A DNA stretch of 64,000 bases from Chiloscyllium plagiosum. Its lineage: Eukaryota. The stretch is taken from NCBI RefSeq assembly GCF_004010195.1, contig NC_057749.1, positions 23,976,510 through 24,040,509 of the forward strand. Direction: 5' to 3'. The notes beneath the pieces were generated by a model, which saw only the letters and a list, made by a program, of their open reading frames with translations, was not told the DNA's origin and made no database searches. Shown piece by piece: positions 11,126-24,323 of this stretch. Position 1 is the first letter of the stretch. Each line of letters opens with the position of its first letter. The position numbers were made by a program, and so were the translations under genes.

Positions 11126-14100
11126 CACGTGATGCTTGCTGAACCTTGCCGCACTCCAGGAGAGAGGAGATTGGTACTGAGTATTGCCTTGCACAGATGG
11201 ACAGATGTTCCGGTTCAGAGGGAGGCCATTTGACCATCGTGCCATACGAGCAGTTCACTTCCTGCCGTTCTCCCTGTAGCCCCCTTCACGTCCTTTTCCT
11301 TTTCAGAGCACCGCAGTCTAATTCCCTCTTTGAACGCATCGATTGAGCCTGCCTCCACCACACGCTCTCAGGCGACTCATTCCACATCTCAGCTGCTCCC
11401 TACGTTAGAAAAATGATTTCTCCCGCTCGTTGCTTTTGATTCTCTCGCCAAAGTAAAGGTGTGCCCTCCCTCATTCTCAGTCTTTCTGCCCTGTCTACCC
11501 CTCATGATTTCTGAGCGACTCGATCAAGTCTCTCCGTCTTCTGCAGACAGACAAATTCCGTGCTGTAGCTTCATGTTGGATTGTAGCCATTCTGCAGTTC
11601 TCATCGGGCAGATTCCGAGAGGAGCCGGGGCTGGTATCTGCTGTCCCGTGTCTTAAAATTGCCCTAGCTCTGAAGATGAGCTGTCACAGCTCGTTTGGTT
11701 TAGAGTGAAGCAGAGGCGAATAATGATTGAGGGAGCGAAGAGACCAGATGTGAGGTTGCTTCATGGTTCGCTGTTGCTGTGGTTGCAGGCGGGCTTTTGA
11801 ACATCTGCACAAGTGCTAATGCGATGCGTTTCTGGGCTGGGTGATGGATGGAGAGTAGGACTGATACTAACCTCACACTTTGTAAGTGATCACTGACTTT
11901 AACTGAGCTGGCTACATCATTTATCTTTTAGCTGAGTTCCTTCGTCAGTGCTGATGTTTGAACCACCTTTAATATAGCAGGGGTCATTGAACAGAATAGA
12001 GGTGGCATAGTGGCTCTGTGGTTACCACTGCTTCCTCCCAGCACCAGGAACCCAGGTTCGATTCCAGCCTCAGGCAACTGTCTGTGTGGAATTTGCACAT
12101 TCTCCCAGTGTCTGTGTGGGTTTCCACTGAGTGCTCCGATTTCCTCCCATCGTCCAAAGATGTGTGGCTTAGGTGAGTTGGCCATGCTAAATTGCCCATA
12201 GTGTTCAGGGATGTGTCGATTAGTTGCATTAGTCAGGCTTAAATGTGGAGTAAATAGAGTAGGGGAATGGGTCTGGTGGGTTACTCTTTGGAGGGTTGGT
12301 GCGGACTTGACGGGCCGAAGGGCCTGTTTCCACATTCAAGGGATTCTGTGATTCTATGAGGGAAGCTCAACAGCAGTTCATCAGAACAGCTGCCTGCAAA
12401 CCCCCACCCTCATCTGTGGCCCCCTCATCCCCACAACGACTGCCCATGGGGCTGAAGGAAGTGCTCGCTCCTTTCCCTCCGTCATGGCTGAGTGCCCCAG
12501 CCGGGTTTTATCTTGGCAACGTTGCAAAGCGAAGGGGGCCATTCAGCCCCCTCCACTGTGCTGTGCTCATCAATCAGATCCCTGCCAATTTGGAGCAGAG
12601 CTCCAGCTGGGGAGGTGGTGGCATCGTACGTGTAATCCCAAATCTCTGGCTGGGAGCGCAGGTTTGAGGCCCACCACGGCAGACGGTGAAATTTGAATTC
12701 AACAAAAATCCTGAATTAAAATGGTATAATTGATGTCAGTGAAAGCGTATCTGTTAAAGTAGAGAGTTGAGACGGCCCCGGGAATCCCTTGTGGATTCAG
12801 ACCTGTAAAGCCTCTCTCTAATGTCCTTTTGAACTCTCAAGTCAGAGTCTTGTAAGAGCAAAGATGTTTTTCTCTCTGTGTCTGCCCCACTTGCAAGGGG
12901 TAATAAGAATCCATTATAATTCACAGGATCTGACTGTTAATTACAAGGCTTTTAATAGTACCGAGTTTCGGTTCAGGGTCAGTATTAAACACTGTCATTA
13001 ATTTCACAAGGGAACGGCCATGAATGTTATCACTTGGTGTCCTGTTCATACAGATTCACTGATGCTAAGGCAAATGTTCTTCATTGCCTTACAGCATCCT
13101 GTTATCACTTGGTGAGCACAGATGTCCCTATCTTCTGCATTCCTTGAGTTCCCCCCTTTTTCTGAGCCTACCTGCCTGTCTATTTTCTAGTGCAATAAAT
13201 GTGTTCTATAATTGAACATTACATTTTAGTCTAAATGTTTAAAGACAAGTTTTAAGGCTATAGACTTTCTCATATCTGCTCTCGGGCCAACAAGTGACAT
13301 AGCATTCGGATGTTGTGTGTTAACAGTTGTATTGAACTCCAAACGTTAACTCTGCTTTTCTCCGTGGGTGCTGCCAGACTTGTTGGCTTTCTCCAGCACT
13401 TTCTGCTTCTGTTTGCGATCTCCAGCATCCACAGCACTTCTGCTTTTTTTTTGCATCACGGGTCCATCCTGCAACCGTGTGATTTTTTTTTTGCCCTGTG
13501 AGGAAATTCTCCTTTCTCCAGCGGTCACCATTTTAACAGTGGTCACAAAGTCAGATCATCATTCTTGAGCTGTTCTGTGGGCTTTTGTTTGGGGTGGTGC
13601 AGTGGCTCAGTGGTTAGCACTGCTGCCTCACAGCACCAGGGGATCCAGGTTCGATTCCACCCTCGGGCAACTGTCTGTGTGGAGTTTGCGCATTCCCCCC
13701 GTGTCTGTGTGGGTTTCCTCTGGGCGCTCCAGTTTCCTCCCACAGTCCAAAGATGTGCAGGTCAGGTGAACTGGCCAAGTTAAACTGCCCATAGTGTTAG
13801 GTGCATTAGTCAGAGGGAAATGAGTATTGGTGGGTTGCTCTTCGGAGGGTCGGTGTGGACTTGTTGGGCCGAAGGGCCTGTTTCCACACTGCAGGGAATC
13901 GAATCTAATCTTTCAAGCGCATTTTTGTCCCGAAAGTGGACAATAATCCCTGTCCATCCCTTGAAATGCAAAAATACTTGAGAGGAAATTAAATTGCTTC
14001 TGTGGGACTTATTAAATAACTTGGTTCATTTCGAGAAAACAAAGCAAGGCTGACTCTCGGTTTAATTTGCTTTCTCAAAGTTCCCCAGACTTCTTGTTTT

Positions 14101-14432
14101 TGTTTGTATGCAAAGTCACCGAGGGAACTAAATTTCTCCTAATTGCAAATAAATTACTCGTTGCAAGGCCTTTTGCTCAAATTTGCAAGGCTTTGATATT
14201 TCGAGCAGCTTGCTTTCGAAGGAAAATCAAGATCTCTGTGGAAGAGTGTTCGGTTGTTTAGTTTGGCAGCTGGTGTGCTGTTACACTGCTTTGTGCAGAA
14301 CTCAAGCAAAACCAGAGAGTCACTCAAGCAAGCTTGGCTCCAGTTTATTGTTGGCCAGAGTACAATGGCGTCAGGAATTTCTTTGGAATCCTATTGCTGG
14401 TTTCGTCAGTTTATCCTGTTTCCCTGTCATAG

Positions 14433-15385
14433 TGTCATACAACACGGAAACAGGGCCTTCAGCCCGTGCCGACCGTAATCCCAAACTAAACTGATCACAC
14501 CTGTCTGTGCTTGGCAGGAATCCAAATGATGTCATTGATGTTAGTGAAAGGGTATCTGTTATTGGGACAACAAGTGACATAGCATTCAGATGTTGTGTAT
14601 TAACAGTTGTATCGAACTCAAAATACTTCTACATATCCAGATACCTTTTAAACATTGTAACTATACCCGCATCCACCACTTCTTCTGGCAGTCCATTCCA
14701 CATGCGAACACCCTCTGTGTAAAAAAAAAAATTGCACCTGGTGTCGTTTTAAAATCTTTCTCCTTTCGCCTTAAAAATATGCTCCCTTGTCTTGAAACCC
14801 CTCACCCCAGGGAAAAGACACATGCCTTTCAGCTTTTCAATCCTCCTCATAATTTTATAAACTGCTATCAGGTCACCTCACAACTTCCTACGCTCCAGTG
14901 CAAAAAGTCCCAGCCTACCCAGCCTTTCCTTATAACTCAAACCCTCCATTCCCAGCAACATCCTGGGAAATCTCTTCTGAATCCTCTCCAGTTTAATAAC
15001 ATCCTTCCTACAACAGGGTGACAGGAACTGGGCACAGTGCTCCAGAAGAGAGGTCACCAATGTCCTGTAAAACCTCAACACGATGCCCCAACTCCTACAC
15101 GCAAAGGTCTGAGCAGTGAAGGCGAGTGTGCTAAATGCCTTCTTAATCCCCGTATCTACTTCAAAGAATTATGTACCTCGCTCCCTAGGGGGTCTCTTTT
15201 CTACAGCACTACCCAAGGCTCTACTTTTCATTGTATAAGTCTTGCCCTTGTTAGTTTTACCAAAATGCAATACCTCGCGTTTATCCAAATTCATCCATCG
15301 GCCACTGTTCAGCTCATTGACCCAATTGATCAAGATCTCCATGTAGTCTTAGATAACCTTCTTCACTGTTCACTATACCACCAAT
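14433..15385 (-). mobile_element. CR1-like LINE 3' fragment
   Basis: LRFYRTLV..LEHCAQFLSP..LGLFALERRKL. Confidence 0.85.
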
Positions 15386-15840
15386 CTTGGTTAGAAATCA
15401 CACAACACCAGGTTATAGTCCAACAGGTTTATTTGGAAGCACTAGCTTTCAGAGCGCTGCTCCTTTATCAGGTGGTTATGGCTTTTCCAGCAACGCACTC
15501 TAGAACCAGGGGTCACAGTCTCAGGAGACAGGGAAGGAATGAGATGAGGAAACATCGTGTCACTCGAAAGGCAACAAAACTGTGGAACTCTCTTTCACCG
15601 AAACCTGTGGAGGCTGAGCCACTGAATATCTTCAGGAAAGGGATCGATACTCTTGATGTGTGAAAATGTATGGAGGGAAAGCAGGAAAATGGCACTGAGG
15701 TAGAGGCTTAGCCATGATCACATTGATTCGCTGAGTAGGCTCGATGGGCTGAATGGCCTCCCCCAACTCCCAGTTTCTATGGATATGCCGAGTACCTCTT
15801 TCCTGAAAGCCTGTCTTGGGGCCTCACCAGACGAATGTTT

Positions 15841-16480
15841 GCCCTATTGTGGGAAGGATATTATTAAAGCTGGAGAGAATTTTCAGCAGAAATTTACCGG
15901 GCTGTTGCTGGAACTGGAGGGTTTGACTTATAAGGAGAGGCAGGATCAGCTGAGTCTTTTTCCCTGGAGTGTAGGGGGTTGACGGGTGACTTTATAGAGG
16001 TTTATAAAATCATGAGGGGTGTAGATAAAGTGAATGACAGGAGCCTTTTCCCTAAGGTGGGGGATTTCAAGACTAAAGGGCATAATTTTTTAAGGTGAGA
16101 GGACAAAGATATTAAAAAAGGCGTGAAGGACATTTTTTTTTGTACACAGAGTGGTTCGTGTGTGAAGTGAGCTTCCAGAAGATGCGGTGGATGTGGGTAC
16201 AGTTAGAGCATTTCGATAAGTTTATGAATTGGCCATGCTAAATTGCCCATAGTGTTAGGTGCATTAGTCAGGGGGAATGGGTCTGGATGGGTTACTCTTC
16301 GAAGGGTCGGTGTGGACTGGTTGGGCCAAAGGGCCTGTTTCCATACTGTAGGGAATCTAATCTAATAGGAAAGGTTTGGAGGGATATAGGCCAACCGCAG
16401 GCAGGTGGGAGCAGTCTAGTTTGGGGATTATGGGTTAGCATGGACTGTTTGGGCCGAAGGGTCTGTTTCTGTGCTGTGTG
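15841..16480 (+). mobile_element. CR1-like LINE 3' end with a truncated HE1-like SINE inserted at ~16227-16365
   Basis: degenerate RT C-terminus and tail gggccgaagggtctgtttctgtgctg. Confidence 0.8.
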
Positions 16481-16714
16481 ACTTGATGACCACCCTTCAA
16501 TGAGGGCAGCACGGATTTCGCAAACGAAATGGCCCAGCAGCAGTCCCTAATCGCAGGGCTGAGGTGATTTTCTGATATTTTCCTCCACGTTAGTGTGGGG
16601 CAGCTGCGTGCAGTTGAAGCTAGCCGGCTATACCAGCTGTGCCAACGGGGTCAGCCTCTCTCGTCCTCTCGCGCGTGACCCTCTGTGACCCCCCCCATCT
16701 CTCTTTCCTTAAAG

Positions 16715-16843
16715 GGTGCGGCAGCAAATCCAGAAAACCAGGACCAGCAGCAGAAACTGCGGGAGGCAGCGGAGGGCCTCCGCGTTGTCACCAACTCAGC
16801 AGCTCAGAACGCCATCAAAAAGAAGCTGATCAACCGGCTTGAG
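16715..16843 (+). CDS. TLN2: talin-2 coding exon (R3-R4), GAAANPENQD...KLINRLE
   Basis: pyrimidine tract then aaag|GGT; GAG|gtaacg. Confidence 0.96.
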
Positions 16844-17152
16844 GTAACGCACCGCGGGTATCTTTCAGGTGGATTTATAAGCGGCCTCCTCCTGGCATTG
16901 GGTAACTGAGTGAAAGGGCGAGAGCCGCCGGAGCCAGTGTGTGAGGAAGCCATTCCATAAAGGATCAAACGCATTGAGGTTATCAATGGGGCCAGAGGCA
17001 GGGTCATCCCAACCCCCTCACTCACCAAATCGCCCGTGGCACCCAATTCAAATATTTCGTGTCCGGGTCAGTTGACCAGTAAAGCTTTGCAGGGCTCGGT
17101 GCATCTTTTTCTTGATCAGGATGTGTTTGTGTTTACTCTCTCCTTTGACCAG

Positions 17153-17266
17153 AATGCGGCCAAACAAGCTGCTGCCGCAGCCACGCAAACCATCGCTGCT
17201 TCGCAAAACGCCTCGTCGTCCAATAAGAACACAGCCGCCCATCAGCAACTGGTACAAAGCTGCAAG
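17153..17266 (+). CDS. TLN2: talin-2 coding exon (R4), NAAKQAAAAAT...QQLVQSCK
   Basis: ccag|AAT; AAG|gtaaag. Confidence 0.96.
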
Positions 17267-18204
17267 GTAAAGGAGCAATCCAGAGGGTCGGGTGTGAGTC
17301 CACCTCGGTTTCTCGCTCGGTTATTTCTTCTCTGGAAGGAGCGCTGGGACATCTCCCTCTTCAATTCCGATTGGACGACACAAAGGAAGCTGAGGGGTGA
17401 CCTGATCTGGCGTATCCCGGGATGTTGAGGGAGGAAATTGCCGGGCCCCTTGCAGAAATACTTGTACAGAATATAACACCCGACTGAGGGGCAGGAAGAG
17501 TCCATAACTAGTTTTAAGGCAGAGGTAGACTGACTCTTCTTAACCAAAGAGGTTAAAGGTTATTGGAGGGTGGCAGATTTGAAGTTCCAGTCAGATCAAT
17601 CGTGATCTGAATGAATGGTTGTACAGACTCAAAGGGCTGAATGGCCTACTTTGGTTGTTCATACATTGAAATGTTCTGAGGTGAACACTATGGAAATGGA
17701 AATATTCTTCATCACCCCTTCCTTGGTACATCCCCTTTTTGTCTTTTCCCTTTTTGTTTTGGGTTGATCTCCTTTATCATTAGTTGCCCCTTGAGAAGGT
17801 GGGGGTGAGCTGCCTTCTTGAACAGTTGCAGTCCACCTGCTGTGGGTTGACCCACAATGCCCTGAGGGAGTGGATTCCAGGATTTTGACCTAGCGACACT
17901 GAAGGAATGGCGATATATTTCCATGGCAGGATGGTGAGTGGCTTGGAGGGGAACTTGTAGGGGGTGGTGTTCCCATGTGTCTGCTGCCCTTGTCTTTCCA
18001 GATGGAAGTGGCCATGGGTTTGGAAGGTGCTATCTGCGGAGCCTTGGTGAGTGCTTGTAGATGGTACACACTCCTGCGATTGTGTCAGTTTTGAAGGTGG
18101 TAGTTGGAGCTATGAGCCAACTACAGAGATAGGGGGATAGTTTGCAGAGAAGCAGTTTGAGGAAGATCTCCTCACGTGCAATGTCTCCTATTTGCTTTCT
18201 CCAG

Positions 18205-18318
18205 GTTGTTGCTGATTATATTCCTCAGTTGGTGCAAGGTGTGCGAGGAAGTCAGGCAGAGCCTGAGAATCTTAATGCCCAACTCGCCTTGATTATTGCC
18301 AGCCAGAACTTCCTTCAG
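18205..18318 (+). CDS. TLN2: talin-2 coding exon (R4), VVADYIPQLV...ASQNFLQ
   Basis: ccag|GTT; CAG|gtacgc. Confidence 0.96.
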
Positions 18319-18326
18319 GTACGCCT

Positions 18327-18508
18327 GTGTCTGTCTGTCTGTCTGTGTCTGTGCGTGTGTATGTGTCTGTCGGTGTGTTTGTCTCTGCCTCTGTGTGTGT
18401 GTGTGTGTCTGTGAATATATGTGTCTATGTGTGTGTCTATGTCTGTGTGTGTCTGTCTATGTGTGTGTGTGTGTGTTGGTGTGTATATGTCTGTGTTTGC
18501 TGTTTGTG
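18327..18508. repeat. degenerate (TG)n tract, with a second part at 21046-21205
   Basis: seen directly; runs into the N gap. Confidence 0.9.
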
Positions 18509-19393
18509 NNNNNNNNNNNNNNNNNNNNNNNNNNNNNNNNNNNNNNNNNNNNNNNNNNNNNNNNNNNNNNNNNNNNNNNNNNNNNNNNNNNNNNNNNNNN
18601 NNNNNNNNNNNNNNNNNNNNNNNNNNNNNNNNNNNNNNNNNNNNNNNNNNNNNNNNNNNNNNNNNNNNNNNNNNNNNNNNNNNNNNNNNNNNNNNNNNNN
18701 NNNNNNNNNNNNNNNNNNNNNNNNNNNNNNNNNNNNNNNNNNNNNNNNNNNNNNNNNNNNNNNNNNNNNNNNNNNNNNNNNNNNNNNNNNNNNNNNNNNN
18801 NNNNNNNNNNNNNNNNNNNNNNNNNNNNNNNNNNNNNNNNNNNNNNNNNNNNNNNNNNNNNNNNNNNNNNNNNNNNNNNNNNNNNNNNNNNNNNNNNNNN
18901 NNNNNNNNNNNNNNNNNNNNNNNNNNNNNNNNNNNNNNNNNNNNNNNNNNNNNNNNNNNNNNNNNNNNNNNNNNNNNNNNNNNNNNNNNNNNNNNNNNNN
19001 NNNNNNNNNNNNNNNNNNNNNNNNNNNNNNNNNNNNNNNNNNNNNNNNNNNNNNNNNNNNNNNNNNNNNNNNNNNNNNNNNNNNNNNNNNNNNNNNNNNN
19101 NNNNNNNNNNNNNNNNNNNNNNNNNNNNNNNNNNNNNNNNNNNNNNNNNNNNNNNNNNNNNNNNNNNNNNNNNNNNNNNNNNNNNNNNNNNNNNNNNNNN
19201 NNNNNNNNNNNNNNNNNNNNNNNNNNNNNNNNNNNNNNNNNNNNNNNNNNNNNNNNNNNNNNNNNNNNNNNNNNNNNNNNNNNNNNNNNNNNNNNNNNNN
19301 NNNNNNNNNNNNNNNNNNNNNNNNNNNNNNNNNNNNNNNNNNNNNNNNNNNNNNNNNNNNNNNNNNNNNNNNNNNNNNNNNNNNNNNNNNNNN

Positions 19394-21045
19394 TTCTCTG
19401 ACAGTCCCTTATGCTTTCTGCTACTCCACCAATCTTCGTGTCATCTGCAAACTTGCTGATCATACCAACAGTGCCCTCTTCCAGATCATTTATGTATATC
19501 ATAAACAACAGTGGCCCCAGCACTGATCCCTGTGGAACACACTGGTCACCTTTCTCCATTTTGAGAAACTCCCTTCAACTACTACTCCCTGTCTCCTGTT
19601 GCTCAACCAGTTCTTTATCCACCTAGCTGGAACACCCTGCACACCATGTGACTTCACTTTCTCCATTAGTCTCCAATGGGGAACCTTATCAAACGCCTTC
19701 CTAAAGTCCATGTATATGACATCAACAGCCCTTCCTTCATCTATCAACTTGGTCACTTCTTTGAAGAACTCTATTAAGTTGGTAAGGCACGTTCTGCACC
19801 GCACAAAACCATGTTGCTTATCACTGACAAGGCCATTCTTTTCTAAATATAAATAGATCCTTTCCCTCAGTACCATCTCCAGCAACTTTCCCACCACCAA
19901 CGTCAAGCTCACTGGTCTGTAGTTACTCAGAATATCCCTACTACCCTTCTTGTACAGAGAGACAACATGAGCAACCTTCCAGTCCTCCGGCACCTGTATT
20001 TAACGATGCCACAAAGATATCTGTCAGGGCCCCAGCTACTTCCTCTCTCACCTCCCTCAGCAACCTGGGATAGATCCCATCTGGTCCTGGGGGTTTGTCC
20101 TCTTCAATAACCTTTAGCCTACCCAACACATCTTCCCTACTTAAGTCAACGTGATCCAGACTAATCAAACTTCTATCTCTAATCTCAAGATTCATCATGT
20201 TCCACTCCTCAGTGAATACTGATGCAAAGTAATCATTCGGAATCTCACCCATTCTCTCAGGTTCAACACACAGCCTTCGTTCATCATCCTTTAGTGGACC
20301 AATCCTTTCTCTAGTCACCCGCTTGCTTCTTAAATAATAATAAAATGCTTTGGGATTCTCCTTAATTCTGCTCGCTAAATCTATTTCATGACCCCTTTTG
20401 GCCTGCTTGATTCTTCGCTTAAGACTTATCCTACACTTCTGATATTTCTCCAGGGCCTGTTCTGTTCTTAGCTGCTTAGACCTTATGTATGCTTCCCTTT
20501 TCCTCTTGGCTCGTCATACAATTTCTCCTGTCATCCACGGTTCACAAATCTTGCCCTTCCTATCTTTTGCCTTCAATGGGACATGCCTATCTTGCACTAT
20601 CTTCAACCTATCTTTGAAAGTCTCCCACATCTCAAATGAGGACTTCCCTTCAAATAACTGTGTCCAATCCACACTTCCCAGCTCCTGCCTAATTTTGATA
20701 TAATTGGCCTTGACCCAGTTTAGTACTCTTTCCTTAGGACCACGCTCATCCTTATCTACGAGTATTCCAAAACTTACAGAATTGTGGTCACTGTTCCCAA
20801 AGAAATCCCCCACCGCAACGTCTACCACCTGTCCTGGCTCATTCCCCAGTACCAGGTCCAATATGGTCCCTTCCCTCGTCGGACTATTGACATACTGCTC
20901 TAGAAAACTCTCCTGGACCCTTCTTACTAATTCTACCCCATCCAGACTTCTGACATTAAGTGTATCCCAGTCAATGTTGGGAAAATTAAAATCTCCCATC
21001 ACCACTACCCAATTGCCTCTACATCTTTCCATGATCTGTTTACCT
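19394..21045 (-). mobile_element. CR1/HER1-like LINE ORF2 fragment (APE endonuclease plus RT), frameshifted
   Basis: [50 protein letters not shown] motifs spread over several frames. Confidence 0.93.
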
Positions 21046-22611
21046 ATGTGTGTGTGTGTGTCTGTGTGCATCTGTCTGTGTGCGCCTGCCTGTGTGTCTG
21101 TCTGTCTGTGTCTATCTGTGTGTGTGCCTGTCTGTGTGTGTGTGTGTGTGTGTCTGTCTTTCTATGTCTGTGTCTGTCTTTCTGTGTGTGTGTGTGTTGT
21201 GTGTTTCTCTGTTGATCTCACTGCAGGACTCTATGCTTCCGGAGGTGGTGAGCAGAGAGCTGGGGAGGACATTGAATTAGACAGGGTAGTGGCGCGCATA
21301 AACCCCAAGATCTTCTTGCCCCCACAGCAACTGAACTCTGGATTGGAGTACTGGCTCAGTGGTTAGCACTGCTGCCTTACATCACCAGGATCCAGGTTCA
21401 ATTCCAGCCTTTGGCAAATGTCTGTGTGGAGTGTGCATATTCTCCCCGTGTCTGCGTGGGTTTCCTCTGGGTGCTCCGGTTTGCTTCCACAATCCAAAGA
21501 TGTGCAGGTTAGCGTAAATTGGCTGTGCTGAACTGCCTATAGTGTCCAGGGAAGTGCAGGCTCGATAGGTTAGCCATGGGGAATGCAGGGTTACAGGGAT
21601 ACGGTGGGGAAACGGGTCTGGGTGGGATACCCTCCAGAGGGTCAGTGTGACTCAGTGGGCTGAATGGCCTCTTTCTGCACTGAAGGGATTCTATGATTCC
21701 ATTGTCAGTGTTGTTAGGGAGGGATATTGGACCCAGTGGTACTGAAGTAACTATGAAATAGTTTGTAATAGTATGTGGCTTGGAGGGCAACTTGCCACCC
21801 GTCAGCTCCCCGATTCCCTCTCGATGGTGGATGTCACGGGTTGGGAAGGCGCTGTCGAAGGAGAGAGGGCATGAAGTGAGAATTGAAAGTTGTCTTAGTC
21901 TCGTAGTCTGGCCTCGTATGAGAGAGACGAATGGTGGTGAGCGTAACCGAAGGGTCACTACACCTCTGGTGAGGGGAGAGTCTGAGAAGTTGGCACCTTC
22001 ATGGTGATCTCAGTCAGTGTGAGAATTGAACCCATGCTGTTGGGTTCACAAGCCAGCCCTCCAGCCAACTCAGCTAACCAACCCCTGCGGAGAGTGAATG
22101 TCTAATCAGCTAATGTCCTTGCATCGAAAACCTTCATATGTCATGTTGGGGCTGGCTGGTCTGTGACCTGGACTTTCAGAATCTGGATAAATGCGTTTTC
22201 CCTTTTCCCTGAGCTTGTAATAAATTCTTCCACATAATTGTGTTTGACAACTATACAATAAATCAGGCAGCCATTACTGAACACCATTAAATGGCTTTGT
22301 TTTTGTGGAGCATTTATCCAGATTAAAATATTTATATGATGTTGCTATGGTGGTACCCCATCTGTTTGTTCCTCAATAGATTCTACCTAATTGCCACTTT
22401 GCAAATAAGCTCCATTTCATAGGGCTATACAAGTACTTGGAAGGATACACATTTTGGAGGTTTAAATAATAAATGTTCTGTGGTGTCTCTCAAATGCTTA
22501 AACCATTTGTGGGCAGTATTCTGAGATTCGGGATCCTTTCCACAGCTCCTACTGCAAATAAGACAGACAGGTTTATTTTGGATTTTGAAAGCTGATATGT
22601 TTATGTTTCGA

Positions 22612-23988
22612 TGGTAGCTCAGTGGGTTGTGTTTCAAACCATATTCCAGAGCCTTAATCCAGACTGACATTCTCAGTATAAGACTAAGGGAATGCCGCAC
22701 TGTTGGAGGGTCAGTACCAAGGGAGTGCCATACTATCGGAGGGTCAGTGCTGAAGGAGTGCCACCAAGCCCGGAGGGTCGATGCTGAGGGAGTGCCACAC
22801 TGTCGGGGGTTCACTGCTGAGGGGGTGCCACACTGTCGGAGGGTCAGTGCTAAGGGAGCGCCACACTGTTGGAGGGCCAGTGCTGAAGGAGTGCCACACT
22901 GTCGGAGGGTCATGCTGAGGGAGTGCCACACTATGGGAGGGTCAGCGCCGAGGGAGTGCTGCACTGTCAGAGGGTCAGTGCTGAGGGAGTGCCGCACAGT
23001 TGGAGGGACATGCCGAGGGAGTGCCGCACTGTCAGAGGGTCAGTGCTGAGGGAGTACCGCACTGTCGGCGGGTCAGTGCTGAGGGAGTGCCGTACTGTCG
23101 GCGAGTCAGTGCCAAGGGAGTGCCGCACTGTCGATGGGTCAGTGCTGAGGGAGTGCTGCACTGTCGGATGGTCAGTGCTGAGGGAATGCCGCACTGTCGA
23201 CGGGTCAGTGCCAAGGGTGTGCCGCACTGTCGATGGGTCAGTGCTGAGGGAGTCAGTGCTGAGGCAGTGCTGCACTGTCGACAGGTCAGTGCTGAGGCAG
23301 TGCCGCACTGTCGGAGGGTCAGTGCTGAGGCAGTGCCGTACTGTCGGCGAGTCAGTGCCAAGGGAGTGCCGCACTGTCGATGGGTCAGTGCTGAGGGAGT
23401 GCTGCACTGTCGGATGGTCAGTGCTGAGGGAATGCCGCACTGTCGACGGGTCAGTGCCAAGGGTGTGCCGCACTGTCGATGGGTCAGTGCTGAGGGAGTG
23501 CTGCACTGTCGGATGGTCAGTGCTGAGGGAATGCCGCACTGTCGACGGGTCAGTGCCAAGGGTGTGCCGCACTGTCGATGGGTCAGTGCTGAGGGAGTNN
23601 NNNNNNNNNNNNNNNNNNNNTCGGAGGGTCAGTGCTGAGGGAGTGCCGCACTGTCGGAGGGTCAGTGCTGAGGGAGTGCCGCACTGTCGGAGGGTCAGTG
23701 CTGAAGAAGTTGAGGCCTAGTTGCACTTTTGGGTGAATTTTAAACATCGTTTGGCCTGATTTTGAAGAAGAGCAGAAGTAACCTGGCCCGGTCACTATCA
23801 ACACCCTCATTAGGAAACTAGGGAATCTAGTCTTGCTGATCCTGGGATCTTGCTGTGTATTCATTATCCACCTTTTTTTGTTTAATTGCAACAATGAGCG
23901 CTCTTCAGAAGTGCATCATTTCTCGTAAGAAAACACACTTCGGATATCCTGAGGATGTGAAAGGCGCTGTGTAAATGTAAGGCTTTTT
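22612..23988 (+). mobile_element. DeuSINE-like (SacSINE1/AmnSINE1-type) SINE hosting the 33-bp minisatellite; related copies at ~36500-36980, 45690-45830, 53505-53620, 54895-55215
   Basis: head gctcagtgg, ctgagggagtgc.gcactgtcggagg core, gaagaagagcag, gggatcttgctgtg, tail tgtgaaaggcgctgtgtaaatg; family name from recall. Confidence 0.65.
22680..23705. repeat. 33-bp minisatellite (gtcagtgctgagggagtgccgcactgtcggagg) expanded inside a DeuSINE-like element
   Basis: period 33 (e.g. 23661 to 23694); short N gap inside. Confidence 0.95.
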
Positions 23989-24016
23989 GCTTAACCTTGT
24001 CGTTATTTTCCTGTAG

Positions 24017-24151
24017 CCCGGAAGCAAGATGGTCTCCTCTGCCAAAGCTGCTGTGCCCACGGTCGCTGACCAGGCCGCTGCCATGCAGCTTGGACAATGC
24101 GCCAAGAACCTCGCCACAAGCCTGGCTGAGCTCCGAACATCTGTACAGAAG
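24017..24151 (+). CDS. TLN2: talin-2 coding exon (R4), PGSKMVSSAK...LRTSVQK
   Basis: ctgtag|CCC; AAG|gtcagt. Confidence 0.96.
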
Positions 24152-24323
24152 GTCAGTCATGGTCATGGTCCCCACAGTCCCCTCCCCCGCCTGTCGGCTC
24201 TGACTCGGACTTTGTACGGGTTTGCTTTCTGTCTGGAGTGGCCCAGCTGTTCAGCAAAACAATTGAGCAAACTGATCTTGACAGGCGAACTAACACGGTA
24301 ACGTCCGACTCTCTTGAATTCAG

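Noticed and set aside
18296..19559. 300-400 aa ORFs
   Set aside because: Artefacts of reading through the N gap and TG repeats; no TLN2 exon is missing, since flanking exons join in frame.
22425..23720. ORFs with 11-aa repeats (CRTVGGSVLRE)
   Set aside because: Consequence of a 33-bp tandem unit without stops.
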